The notes under the pieces were generated by a model that saw only the letters and a list, made by a program, of their open reading frames with translations, was not told the DNA's origin and searched no databases. DNA of 64,000 nucleotides from Promethearchaeota archaeon. GTDB lineage: Archaea > Asgardarchaeota > Lokiarchaeia > Sigyniarchaeales > SOKP01. The stretch spans positions 42,119 through 106,118 of the forward strand of contig JBHLNF010000011.1 in assembly GCA_048937405.1 (NCBI GenBank), in the 5' to 3' direction. Position 1 is the first letter of the stretch, and each line of letters starts with the position of its first letter. This document shows positions 1 through 10,364 of this stretch, one piece after another. Made by a program: the position numbers and the translations under genes.

Positions 1-816
1 TTTCCAAATTAATTCTAATTCAGGTTCATCTTCGTTTACTTCTGTAAAAAAATCTACTTGTCTATGTACTGATATTTGCCCACCTTTAGAATATTTAAAT
101 ACATAATTTAACATATCATCTGTATTAGTAAAGTTAAAACCCGCAAGTTTTAATTCAGCATCATTAATAATAATTAAATCTTCTCTATTAAAAGGACGGT
201 TTTCTTCAATCCATTCAATCCATATCTCTGAATTAAGTTCTTTATTGATAATTTTTATTGATTTATCAATTGGTATATTGCGGAATGATTTACCTACAGC
301 AAATATGATTTTATCAGGAATTAAATTTTCATTCTTTGCAAATTCATTTATCTTAGCTATTGCTTTATTATAACTATCAATATCTAAAACATCATAACAT
401 AGAGTTAAAATCACTTCATTTTCTTCAGTTTCAAGAATAAAATCAATTAATAAGTCTGGATTAAGATCTGCGTTAACTTTTATCGTTTTGATATTTACGT
501 CTGGTATATATTTAAGATATTGATAAAATCGCCACTTAATGCTTAATTTATCACTTTTTTCCCTGCTAATAAAAATTTGAAACATTAATTTTAACTGTTC
601 TATAGTCATTTTTGATAAATTAGCTAGTTTTTCCACATCTTTTCCTAGTTCGACATAATTAATTTTTGATTTTGCATTTGAAGTTTTTTTTCCAGAAAAA
701 TCTTCTAAAAAAATCTTTAATTCATTTTCAGTGAATTGGGGTAGTACTTGTTCAATAAGATATAATAAATATTCTTTTGATTTGTCATCCATCATTTCAT
801 AATACTGTAATTTCAT
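1..816 (-). CDS. Hypothetical protein, 3' end runs off the window; last visible gene of the che operon
   Basis: Hand-translated open frame from ATG at 816 (MKLQYYEMMDDKSKEYLLYLIEQ...) with no stop to position 1; GGAGGA SD just upstream; missed by the ORF track because it is truncated. Confidence 0.75.
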   Translation of the reverse strand, partial: MKLQYYEMMDDKSKEYLLYLIEQVLPQFTENELKIFLEDFSGKKTSNAKSKINYVELGKDVEKLANLSKMTIEQLKLMFQIFISREKSDKLSIKWRFYQYLKYIPDVNIKTIKVNADLNPDLLIDFILETEENEVILTLCYDVLDIDSYNKAIAKINEFAKNENLIPDKIIFAVGKSFRNIPIDKSIKIINKELNSEIWIEWIEENRPFNREDLIIINDAELKLAGFNFTNTDDMLNYVFKYSKGGQISVHRQVDFFTEVNEDEPELELIWK

Positions 817-850
817 ATTATTTCCTCCTAAATTTTTCTTAATTGTTTTT

Positions 851-2878
851 TTATCCAACGAAAAATGATTCTAACTCTGAAAATTTTTTATCCTTTCCTG
901 TTATGCTTTTTAGATAATACATTATCTCTCTTTCTTGGTAAGGTAAAAGAGTATCAATTGTGAAAGATATCTTTTGTTCACTATTTTTCTTTGATTTACT
1001 CAGTTTATATTCTATATTTGAGGATATCATTTCAAAAGACCCTGGAAAAGAATCTGTAATATTAACATCATTCAATTTCATATTTGAACCATTTTTTGCA
1101 GTAATATATATAGCAAATTCATTAGCATTCCTTCCTGGATAAATTTGTTTTCCAACAATTACTTTACGTCTCTTATGAGAAATTCTTATTTTAGATTTAT
1201 CTGTTTTAGATATCTCATCCGAGATCATAAAATATTCTTTTATATAACGATTTTTATATTTTGAATAAAATGTATAAACTCTAAGTGGGAAAATATAATC
1301 TTTTTTATAATCTGGGTTGACTGCTTTGATAGGATATTTCAATTCCAAGAAATCATCCACAGCAATAATTGATTCCAAAGGACTTTTCTTTAAATTGATA
1401 TTTAATTCAATCGTATGCTCATGAGATGAATCTTCATCATCAGGTTTTAGATTCATCTCAATATCCTCAATATCTAATTTACCCGACGATTTGGATAATA
1501 CAAATTCAGAAATATCTCTTGGAGGTAAAAAGTTTTCAGGGATTTTTTCAATAATTTGAAGACCGTTGATTGGAAGTGATCCTTGATTATTAATAATTAT
1601 TTGTGAATGTATTAATGTTTCTTCAAATGATTTAACCTCTTCTTCTGATAATTTCTTTTTTATTGACGAATAAGCAACTTTAAAGAAATTGTCATCGAAT
1701 CTAGAAGTAATCATTGAATTCTTCTCAGTTTCGTAACCAACTGTATATCCTACTTTTCTTGAAAAGATTGGCTCCTTCTCATCAGTAACATAAAAATAAT
1801 CTGATTTATATTTACCATGTGGATTAATTACTTTTTTACGTAATACTGATCTATCTAATTCTAGGATTTTGTTTTTTTTTGTCTTATCAAATATTGTTAT
1901 AGAGTTTAATTTTAATGTAAAATCACTAAGGTTTTCGAATCTAAGAGAACATTTCCAATTATTAGGTTCATGAATTTTCTCTGTTTTCTTAATGGCATGC
2001 ATTGCGTGTGAATATGCTGAGAAATGATCGACTCTTACACCTGATATTACTTTCTTTGATAAATTAAAGGTTACTTCAATGTTTCCTGTGTTGATATTTT
2101 CCTTCTTCTTAGGAAATATTTTCGCATAGATAATAATTTCAGCACTTTCTCCTGGATTTAAATCTTTTAATTGGCTCTCGATAGAATTTCTTAAAATTTT
2201 AAATTCATTACTTTTATTGCTTTCAAACTCAAAATCATAAAAAGCTGGTACGAACGATTTTTTAAACTTAACATTATCAATTTTTGTGTTTGAAATGTTA
2301 ATAATATAAATTGTAAATTTAATTGTATTTTCTTTTCCCCATAAAAGTAAATAATGTTTAGTAGGATTTTTTTTCGAGGATTCTATTTCATTTAACTCCA
2401 TATCTTCAAAACTACTTTTAAAGAACCCAATATCTTCACTAAGATTTTCAATACTTTCGTTAACTTCTATTAAATCTGGTAAATCTTCAGAATTTACAAT
2501 TTCATATTTCAATACTTTATTTGAATTAGGCTCAAAGACACCTAAATTAAGATTATTTTCTGCTTTTTGATTATCAAATTGTGAACCAGAGAATTGTAAA
2601 TTTGCATCCCAAATTCTATCTTTAACAGAATTATTAAAAATTGAAATATTCCCATTCCCTATAACTGATTTTCTTGTTCTATCGTTTTGATAATGATATT
2701 CCAAGAATTCTTCATTCAATATTAATACTTCTGATGCAGTACCCATATAACTTGATTCAATTTTTTGTTCTCTATGATTTTTTTGGATAAGTTTACCGCC
2801 TTCCCTGATGGGGATACCAAGAAAATTTGGGCTTATTTTTGTTTTTAATTCGTCAAGATCAATTTTTTTAAAACCCAT
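851..2878 (-). CDS. Hypothetical cytoplasmic multi-beta-sandwich (Ig-like/DUF11-like) protein
   Basis: 675 aa with repeated strand patterns (ITAKNGSNMKLNDVNITDSFP, IINNQGSLPINGLQIIEKIP, LNPGESAEI); no signal peptide or TM helix; GAGG SD. Confidence 0.55.
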   Translation of the reverse strand: MGFKKIDLDELKTKISPNFLGIPIREGGKLIQKNHREQKIESSYMGTASEVLILNEEFLEYHYQNDRTRKSVIGNGNISIFNNSVKDRIWDANLQFSGSQFDNQKAENNLNLGVFEPNSNKVLKYEIVNSEDLPDLIEVNESIENLSEDIGFFKSSFEDMELNEIESSKKNPTKHYLLLWGKENTIKFTIYIINISNTKIDNVKFKKSFVPAFYDFEFESNKSNEFKILRNSIESQLKDLNPGESAEIIIYAKIFPKKKENINTGNIEVTFNLSKKVISGVRVDHFSAYSHAMHAIKKTEKIHEPNNWKCSLRFENLSDFTLKLNSITIFDKTKKNKILELDRSVLRKKVINPHGKYKSDYFYVTDEKEPIFSRKVGYTVGYETEKNSMITSRFDDNFFKVAYSSIKKKLSEEEVKSFEETLIHSQIIINNQGSLPINGLQIIEKIPENFLPPRDISEFVLSKSSGKLDIEDIEMNLKPDDEDSSHEHTIELNINLKKSPLESIIAVDDFLELKYPIKAVNPDYKKDYIFPLRVYTFYSKYKNRYIKEYFMISDEISKTDKSKIRISHKRRKVIVGKQIYPGRNANEFAIYITAKNGSNMKLNDVNITDSFPGSFEMISSNIEYKLSKSKKNSEQKISFTIDTLLPYQEREIMYYLKSITGKDKKFSELESFFVG

Positions 2879-2931
2879 TGCTTATTTCCTCTAAATTTTT
2901 CTTTTTGTGATATATTTATTATTTTAAAAAA

Positions 2932-5004
2932 TTAATTTAAATTAGTAATTATATTTTCTTCTGTTTTAGAGCTAATAATACTTAAAACATCAAGTATTAA
3001 ACAAATTGTTCCTTCACCTGTAATTGTAGAGCCTAATATCTCGCGAGAATCAGAATAATTGGATTTAAAAGGTTTTACAACTACATCCAGTTGTTGAAGT
3101 TGTTTATCGGCAACAAATATAGCTGAATTATCTTCATCCTTTTGACACCATATTGCAATTTTCTTATGAGAATTTGGAGTGCTTTCAGATCCCATGTTTA
3201 GATATTCATTTAAATGAATTAAAGGTATTGTATTTGAATCTATTTTATAATATTGTTCTCCGTCAATATATTCAACTTGGTTAGGATTGAAAAAATAAAT
3301 TTGTTTAATATTTTCAGTTGGAATCGCAAATAAATCATCTGCTATTTGGATTAATTGTGCTCTTAAAATTGCCCTTGTAAAGGGTACGTCTATAGTAAAT
3401 TTAGTACCTATGTCTTTTTCTGAATGGATTCTTAAATTACCACCTAAATCCTTAATTTTTTCAGCTACAATAGCTAAGCCCATACCTCTTCCTGAAATAA
3501 TATCCGCATCTCCTAATGTAGAAAAGCCGGGTAAAAGAATATAGTGGTGAAGATCTTCTTTTGTTAATTGTTGTGCTTCCTCGGAGTTATAATAACCTTT
3601 GCTTATAACTTTTGCTCTTATTTTATCATAATTAATTCCAGCACCATCATCTTGAATTTCTATGAAAATTGAGCCTGCCCTTCTGTATGTTTTTAGTTTT
3701 AAAACACCAAGTTCATTCTTCCCTTTTTTTTTCCGATTCTTAGGTAATTCAATTCCATGATAAATTGCATTTCTAATTAAATGGACTAATGGAGAATTAA
3801 TTTCTTCTAAGATTTTTCTATCAATTTCAACATTAGTTCCCTCTAGAATAAGCCTAATTTTTTTCCCAGTTTCATTTGCAACATCTCGGACTAATCGTTT
3901 ATACTTTCTAAATGTTGATTCAACCCTTACTAGTTTTAATTTGAACAGAATTTCTTGAATATCCAAGAAGGGTTTATCCATTTGATCAATTAACCTTATT
4001 ATTGTTCTGTCTTCTTTTTCCTTTAAAAGTTGACTAATATGATTTTTCATTATTACGAGTTCTCCGAAGTAATTCATGAGTTCCTCTAGATATTCAATGT
4101 TAACTTTAACACTCATGATTTTTATGTTTTGATCCGAATAACTACCTACAATCCGGGAAACACTCTCTACTTCTTCAATATCAGCTTCTTCATCAAAATC
4201 CTCAATAAGTATTTCCTCACTCATAGATTTTGACTTTTCAAGTTCCCATTTTTCTTTAAGATCATCTATAGTCTTACTAAATTCTTCAGATTTTATTGGA
4301 GTGATTACTATACTTTCAATTTCAAGAATTTCATCTAAAATCTGAAAAAGATTATCTTTGGTAGTCTGAGTGATGTAAAAGATTTCAAACTCACTTCTAA
4401 TTGTAGCTTTTTCTAGCTCTTCAGGAGTAGGATTAGTCCAACATATTTTACCATTTTCATTTAATGCTCTAAATATTATGAATAATCTTACTTTTTTAAA
4501 AACACAAGTTTCTTCAAGACGAATATAAATCTTAAATGATTTATTTTTATTTTGACTTAATAATTTTGTAATTTCATCTGATTCTAAAGGTTGAATAAAA
4601 GTAATACTATAATCCGTTTCAAAAGTATCAAAGCTATTTTTTATATCTTCAACGAAATTTGCATCAAGATCATTCATATTTCCAGTTTTTACTCGCTTTA
4701 AAATATTTCTTAACACATCTAGACTCTCAAATAACATATCTATGAAATTTCCTTGTTTGGTTTTAGAAACATTATTATCTTTAGCATTATCTAAAAAAGA
4801 TTCAAAATGATGGCAAAACTTAGACAAATTCTCAAAACCTGCCATAGCAGTTAATCCTTTTAATGTATGAAATGTAAAGAATAGTTCTTTAATTGGTTTA
4901 GGATTATCTGGATTTTCTTCTAAAGCAAGAATTTCTTCTTCAGTCTTTTGAATTAAATCCTCTGCTTCACTTATGAAAAGCTTTATATCGTCATCAGATG
5001 ACAC
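2932..5004 (-). CDS. cheA: Chemotaxis histidine kinase CheA
   Basis: HPt FHTLKG, P2 region, dimerisation domain, HLIRNAIYHG, DDGAG, LPGFST...SGRGMGL, C-terminal CheW-like domain. Confidence 0.96.
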   Translation of the reverse strand: MSSDDDIKLFISEAEDLIQKTEEEILALEENPDNPKPIKELFFTFHTLKGLTAMAGFENLSKFCHHFESFLDNAKDNNVSKTKQGNFIDMLFESLDVLRNILKRVKTGNMNDLDANFVEDIKNSFDTFETDYSITFIQPLESDEITKLLSQNKNKSFKIYIRLEETCVFKKVRLFIIFRALNENGKICWTNPTPEELEKATIRSEFEIFYITQTTKDNLFQILDEILEIESIVITPIKSEEFSKTIDDLKEKWELEKSKSMSEEILIEDFDEEADIEEVESVSRIVGSYSDQNIKIMSVKVNIEYLEELMNYFGELVIMKNHISQLLKEKEDRTIIRLIDQMDKPFLDIQEILFKLKLVRVESTFRKYKRLVRDVANETGKKIRLILEGTNVEIDRKILEEINSPLVHLIRNAIYHGIELPKNRKKKGKNELGVLKLKTYRRAGSIFIEIQDDGAGINYDKIRAKVISKGYYNSEEAQQLTKEDLHHYILLPGFSTLGDADIISGRGMGLAIVAEKIKDLGGNLRIHSEKDIGTKFTIDVPFTRAILRAQLIQIADDLFAIPTENIKQIYFFNPNQVEYIDGEQYYKIDSNTIPLIHLNEYLNMGSESTPNSHKKIAIWCQKDEDNSAIFVADKQLQQLDVVVKPFKSNYSDSREILGSTITGEGTICLILDVLSIISSKTEENIITNLN

Positions 5005-5033
5005 ATAATCACCTTAATTCCTCTTTATTATAA

Positions 5034-5432
5034 TTATTTCTTCTCTACTGGTTTATTTTTAAGTATTCGGTCCATGACCTCTAATATTTGCTCGGTCTTG
5101 AAGGGCTTTTGTATAAAGTCTTTTGCCCCTTTCTTCGCTGCTTCAAGAACTAAAGCTTCCTGACCTAGCGCAGAAACTACTATAATTACTGCTTTCGGGT
5201 TTATTTTTAAAATCTCCTCTGTTGCTTCAATACCACCCTTTTCTGGCATTACTAAATCCATGGTTACTAAATCAGGATTTAATTTCTTATATAGGGAGAT
5301 TGCTTCTACACCATTCGAAGCTTCGCCTACAACCTCAATTTGTTCGATTTTATTAATTATGTTTTTCAACATATTCCGGGTGAATTGTGCGTCATCTACT
5401 ATTAGGACCTTTTTTTTATTATTCTTTGACAT
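5034..5432 (-). CDS. cheY: Single-domain response regulator CheY
   Basis: VLIVDDA, TMDLVMP phospho-Asp, VSA, KPF; lies between cheW and cheA. Confidence 0.93.
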   Translation of the reverse strand: MSKNNKKKVLIVDDAQFTRNMLKNIINKIEQIEVVGEASNGVEAISLYKKLNPDLVTMDLVMPEKGGIEATEEILKINPKAVIIVVSALGQEALVLEAAKKGAKDFIQKPFKTEQILEVMDRILKNKPVEKK

Positions 5433-5459
5433 TTTATCAACTCCTATTTTTATTTAAGT

Positions 5460-5993
5460 TTAGGTTGATGCCGATAAATCTTTCTGGATTTTGAGTTTAT
5501 CTACATCACTAAAAATCTTACTTAAATCAAGCAATATCCTTGGTCTTTCTTCAAATTTAATAATTCCCTTGATATATTCCATTGCAACACTGGTCTGAAA
5601 TATTGGACTCAATCCTATTATTTCAGCTGGTTTTATATGATCAATACTAAGGATAGAATCTGAATAAAAACCGATTAAATCATTATCTATTTTTAGAATT
5701 ATTATAAATTTTTTATTAGTTTTTGAATCTTGCTTAAATGAAGAACGCCTTGATTGATACAATTCTGAGTTAGTTAATTCTAATTTTTTCGTCAGGTTAA
5801 TTACATGAATAATTTCTCCTCTATAATTGTAAATGCCATCTATATAATCCACACTTTTGGGTAGTTTTCTAACTAAACCTGCTTGAATTATCTCCTTTAC
5901 ATCATATAAATCTATACAGAACTCTTCCCATCCAATTTGAAAGGATAGGATAGAAACTTGATTCAGTCCTTCATAATTTTGTTTTTGGCTCAT
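5460..5993 (-). CDS. cheW: Chemotaxis coupling protein CheW
   Basis: FQIGWEEF...VKEII...GIYNYRGEIIHVINL...IKGII...ILLDL. Confidence 0.92.
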   Translation of the reverse strand: MSQKQNYEGLNQVSILSFQIGWEEFCIDLYDVKEIIQAGLVRKLPKSVDYIDGIYNYRGEIIHVINLTKKLELTNSELYQSRRSSFKQDSKTNKKFIIILKIDNDLIGFYSDSILSIDHIKPAEIIGLSPIFQTSVAMEYIKGIIKFEERPRILLDLSKIFSDVDKLKIQKDLSAST

Positions 5994-6011
5994 TTTTTTA
6001 TAACCTATTTT

Positions 6012-6830
6012 TTATATTATAAAATATTGATTAATTTTTTTTTCAAATTCGTTAAATGGAGTAACATCTCCATTAAAATCTTTTATATAATCGCGGAAAT
6101 CGAAGATAAATTCGTCCGCGATAAGATACATATACCTTTGAAGTAATGAATTCATATTTTCAACCAAGAAAGCAAAGATAACATTACTTTTTGATATTAC
6201 ATAAAATTGTTGGTTCCCAAAATTAATTTCCTTAAGCTTTGCTCCCGTTTCCTCACCAATTATCGTATTTGAAAATGACAATAAAGCGGATATAAATCCA
6301 CCTATGTGAACTTCGTGCTCGGCTATATTTGATCGATTTTTATTAATTTTAGATACAAATGGACTTCCTGTAGAACCTATAATGAATATTGCAATAACAC
6401 CATCAGATTTTGGAATTTCAATCTCAGATTTAAAAACATTTTTTATTTCTGATAAAGGAGCATTAGAGAGAATTTGTTTATTTATTTTTTTCGACAAAAA
6501 ATATAATTTTGGATAATTAACTGGAACATTTGGTTCTTTTTCTTCCATATACACTATAACAGAAATATTTTTTTCTCCATTTCTAAAATATTGTATATAA
6601 ATTGTAAAATCCTCTAATGGAATAATTGAGTTTCCCTGCCTTTTATCAACAATTTCATTTTTATATAACTCAAAAATATTTTGAATTAACGATACTCCAA
6701 TGCCCTTCTGAAAAACTACATTGAGCTTTCCACCATTCTCGAGGTCTGAAATGTCCAATAGACCATAACCGAGCATATGTAATTTTTCAATTGGTTTACT
6801 TGAATTTCGATTTGTATCCATAGCGATCAT
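6012..6830 (-). CDS. Asgard longin-like domain protein
   Basis: C-terminal half (IFIIGSTGSP...IGGFISALLSFS...LKEINFG...F...FNGDVTPFNEF) matches the Asgard longin-like pattern; 18 bp upstream of cheW. Confidence 0.65.
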   Translation of the reverse strand: MIAMDTNRNSSKPIEKLHMLGYGLLDISDLENGGKLNVVFQKGIGVSLIQNIFELYKNEIVDKRQGNSIIPLEDFTIYIQYFRNGEKNISVIVYMEEKEPNVPVNYPKLYFLSKKINKQILSNAPLSEIKNVFKSEIEIPKSDGVIAIFIIGSTGSPFVSKINKNRSNIAEHEVHIGGFISALLSFSNTIIGEETGAKLKEINFGNQQFYVISKSNVIFAFLVENMNSLLQRYMYLIADEFIFDFRDYIKDFNGDVTPFNEFEKKINQYFII

Positions 6831-7302
6831 ATTAGAGTCATATTTAGATTTTTGTGGAACTTCTGTTTAAATGGACTAATTTTAGAAATCTTTTCGAATA
6901 AATTAATTCGTGTTGTAAAAAATTAATTATTCAAAGATTTTTTTATATTCTCTACTTTGCTTTGAACTAAAAAAAATATAATAAAAAGGATTTATAAAAT
7001 TTCGTTTAACAAAAAATGTGATAAGAAGAAAAAAAACAAAATAATAGGATGTTGGGTTAAATATGTTAAAAAGTTTTAGTATGATAAATATTTAAATACT
7101 TTGAATAAATTACATAAATAGTAATATTTTGAATGCCAAAATATATAATTTTAAAATAGTTTTGCATCCAAAAAAAGGGTTTTACATACATACTATATTA
7201 TTTTATAGTTGTCTTTAAGTGGTATTATAAATAGTGTATAGAATATTTTTAAAATTGAAAATATGTTTAATTTAAACTACTCTAAAATTAAGGAGTATAA
7301 AA

Positions 7303-7947
7303 ATGAATGCTCAAGAGGACCTAAATCAGGGAAATGAAATCTATTTACATGAGATTAATATTCGATGCCCACAATGCTCATCCAATAAGAATTTGAAGAT
7401 ACCAAAAAAAGTCATCGATCAAAGCAAACAGTTGACTACAATCTCAATTCCTTCAAATTTATGTTGCGAACATAGTTTTCAAGCTTTTGTGGATAAAAAC
7501 TTTATTGTTAGAGGCTATCAAAAAGTAGATTTTGAATTCTCACATATGGAATTTTATGAAAGTGGTGATGATACTTCTGATACCCTTGAATTTACTTCTT
7601 TACCAGTTTTTCAGAATATAATCCAATTATTAAGAGATTGTGTAGATGATAATGAAATAATAGGGTCAGGAATCTTTACCGATGAGGGAAAAGTATTATA
7701 TTCTTCTTTACCGCAAACTACTTTATTCAATACAATTAAAGAATTTGAAGTTCGAAATCAGAAGAACCTAATTAGTGTAAAAAAAATGTATCTCGAATTA
7801 GAGAATAACGAGAAGTTTATCTCGAATGTTTTTTCTTTTAATGGAAATAAATTTAATTTGGTCTTAATGTTTGCTTTTAGAGTAAAATTTGGGATGGGCA
7901 ACCTTCACATGCGTGATCTCTTAAAAAAGATAAAAAAAATTCATTGA
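7303..7947 (+). CDS. Zn-ribbon plus roadblock/profilin-like domain protein
   Basis: CPQC...CCEH in the N-terminus; IIGSGIFTDEGKVLYSSL roadblock-like motif; GGAG SD. Confidence 0.55.
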   Translation: MNAQEDLNQGNEIYLHEINIRCPQCSSNKNLKIPKKVIDQSKQLTTISIPSNLCCEHSFQAFVDKNFIVRGYQKVDFEFSHMEFYESGDDTSDTLEFTSLPVFQNIIQLLRDCVDDNEIIGSGIFTDEGKVLYSSLPQTTLFNTIKEFEVRNQKNLISVKKMYLELENNEKFISNVFSFNGNKFNLVLMFAFRVKFGMGNLHMRDLLKKIKKIH

Positions 7948-8318
7948 AAAAATTAATTCATTTCATTTTATAATTAGATTAATTTATTGTAAAATTTAAA
8001 ATCGAGATTCTTGATTTGAAATTTTTTAATAATAGGAAGTTTTCAGACAACGTGATTTTGTTTAGTTTTTTACTCACAAATTTCAAATAGAAATAGGATT
8101 ATTGATAAAATTTAAAGAGAAACTGAATATTGTGTTTACTTATATTATTTATTATTTATCCCAAAAAATGAATCTAATAAAATAATTTGCCACAAAAAAA
8201 GTTTCTAAATCTTTATTAAGATATTTTTGTATGTAAAGTTATTTTTATTAAAAATATAAACGAAATATTTAAGAAGATATATTCTAAAATATACTTAATC
8301 AAAAAGATTTAAAAATTA

Positions 8319-8588
8319 ATGAGAAAAATCTCAATGATAACAAATGAAGATGAAATTAATAAAAAAATTAAGCTAACCAGCAAGATCTTAAGTAATGTTC
8401 ATGAAATATTGGAATTATTTAAACCACTTCTAATTAAAATGATTAATATGCCAGAGGCTGAAGATTATAAAAAAAATGGAAATTTTTTAAGAGCTGCATC
8501 ATTATTTAGTAAAATCTCTGATTTATGTGAAGAGATTGAAACCATTTCCTTTTGTTCAGTAGATTTTCTTAAAAGCCTAGGTAACTAA
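8319..8588 (+). CDS. Small hypothetical helical protein
   Basis: 89 aa ORF alone in an intergenic space, plausible composition. Confidence 0.5.
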   Translation: MRKISMITNEDEINKKIKLTSKILSNVHEILELFKPLLIKMINMPEAEDYKKNGNFLRAASLFSKISDLCEEIETISFCSVDFLKSLGN

Positions 8589-8687
8589 ACTTATTGCTAA
8601 ATCTATTTATCTTCTTTTAAAGAAAAGGTTTATAAAATAAAGATTCACCTTTTTATCGAAATATCGTAATTTGAAAGGTTTCAAGAG

Positions 8688-8758
8688 TGCGCCCGCCGGG
8701 AATTGAACCCGGGACGCTGGCTTGGGAAGCCAGCATATTACCACTATACTACGAGCGC
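8688..8758 (-). tRNA. tRNA-Gly(CCC), intronless, CCA not encoded
   Basis: Reverse complement GCGCTCGTAGTATAGTGGTAATATGCTGGCTTCCCAAGCCAGCGTCCCGGGTTCAATTCCCGGCGGGCGCA folds as a cloverleaf with anticodon CCC. Confidence 0.96.
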
Positions 8759-9083
8759 CAATTTATATGAGATTTGTGCTATTGAGGGGACTTTTTTTGG
8801 GATATATATTAATTAAATTTGATTACCTAATTAAAACTTTTTGATAACTGACAGAAGTATTTATTTTGTATCAGTATATAGAACAATTAGATAATCTCCA
8901 TACAAATATAACATTAAGTTACTATGTTTTTCATATTTTATACATCAATATTAAAAATATTTACTTTGTTTTTGAAATCATAGCTGTGATATACTAAATA
9001 ATGAACATTCATTAAAAATTCAATAAAAAAAAAGTTATAATAAAAAAGAATACATTGAGGATATTATATGGTGAAGCAGATTT

Positions 9084-10202
9084 ATGAGAAATGAAGAATT
9101 ATTAAGAAATTCAGAGGAAAAATATAAGTTAATTTTAGATAATGCTAATGACTTAATTACAATTTTAAATGATAAATTAGAGCATGAATATATTAATGAG
9201 AAAGCAGTTTTTGAATGTTTGGGCTATTTAAGAGAAGATCTAATTGGAAAATCCGCACTTATTAACATTCATCCAGACGATGTGAAAATCGCCACTAAAA
9301 CTATAAGGAATTTATTTAAATATGGGGAAAGTAGAAATGAAATGAGACTGAAGCATAAAGATGGACATTATCTTTGGTTTGAACATAAAGGGAAAAAATT
9401 CATTGATACAGAGGGAACAGCTAAAGCAATAATAATTTCCCGAGATATAACTGAACGCAAGAAGGCTGAAAGTATTCAACTTGAAGAATATAAAAAATTA
9501 GAAGAATTAAGTCAAATAAAAAGTGAATTAATAATGAAAGCATCTCATGAACTCAAAACTCCATTGAACTCTGTTTATGCCGCATCGCAGCTTCTTTTAA
9601 GAAATTTCAAAAATAAATTTGAAGAGAATGAATTGAATTTTCTTGAAATTATATATAGAGGAAGTCAAAAATTAAGACTTTTGATTGATAATCTGCTTGA
9701 CATATCTAAATTAGAATCAGATGAATTGAAACTGGACTTGAAAGATGAGGATCTTGTTGAATTAATAAAAGATTGCGTTAACGATTTAAAACTTAGAGCG
9801 GATAAAAAAAAGCTTAATATTAAAGTTAATTTACCTGAAAAATGTATTTTGTGTATTGATAGAATTAGATTAGAGCAAGTGATAATTAATCTGTTATCTA
9901 ATGCAATAAAATATACACCTTCTGAGGGAGCTATTTTTATAAATTTAAATGACAAAAAAGAAAACATAGAATTCTCAGTTAAAGATACTGGGATTGGAAT
10001 TACAAAGAAAGAAAAAGGACAATTGTTTAAAAAGTTTGGTAAAATCAATAGAATTAATTATTATTCTGATATTAGTACTGAAGGAGCTGGTTTGGGGTTA
10101 TATATTTCTAAAGAAATTGTTGAACTTCATAAGGGTAAAATAATTGTACAATCTCAAGGTAGAAATAAAGGATCAACTTTTATAATTAGTTTCCCTAAAT
10201 AA
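9084..10202 (+). CDS. PAS-domain sensor histidine kinase
   Basis: PAS (IHPDD...RDITERK), H-box SHELKTPL, NLLSNAIKY, DTGIG, GAGLGL. Confidence 0.93.
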   Translation: MRNEELLRNSEEKYKLILDNANDLITILNDKLEHEYINEKAVFECLGYLREDLIGKSALINIHPDDVKIATKTIRNLFKYGESRNEMRLKHKDGHYLWFEHKGKKFIDTEGTAKAIIISRDITERKKAESIQLEEYKKLEELSQIKSELIMKASHELKTPLNSVYAASQLLLRNFKNKFEENELNFLEIIYRGSQKLRLLIDNLLDISKLESDELKLDLKDEDLVELIKDCVNDLKLRADKKKLNIKVNLPEKCILCIDRIRLEQVIINLLSNAIKYTPSEGAIFINLNDKKENIEFSVKDTGIGITKKEKGQLFKKFGKINRINYYSDISTEGAGLGLYISKEIVELHKGKIIVQSQGRNKGSTFIISFPK

Positions 10203-10364
10203 CTTGTTTTCAATATTCTGAACAGCTCTAATTTGAAATATAAATGAGTTTATAAGGAGTATTACTTTTTAAGGTCTTAATTTAGTTTCCCCATCACAAA
10301 AAGACATTTATAATTAACCTATTAAATTATATTCTTTTTTAAGTCAATTTACGAGCATTTTAAA

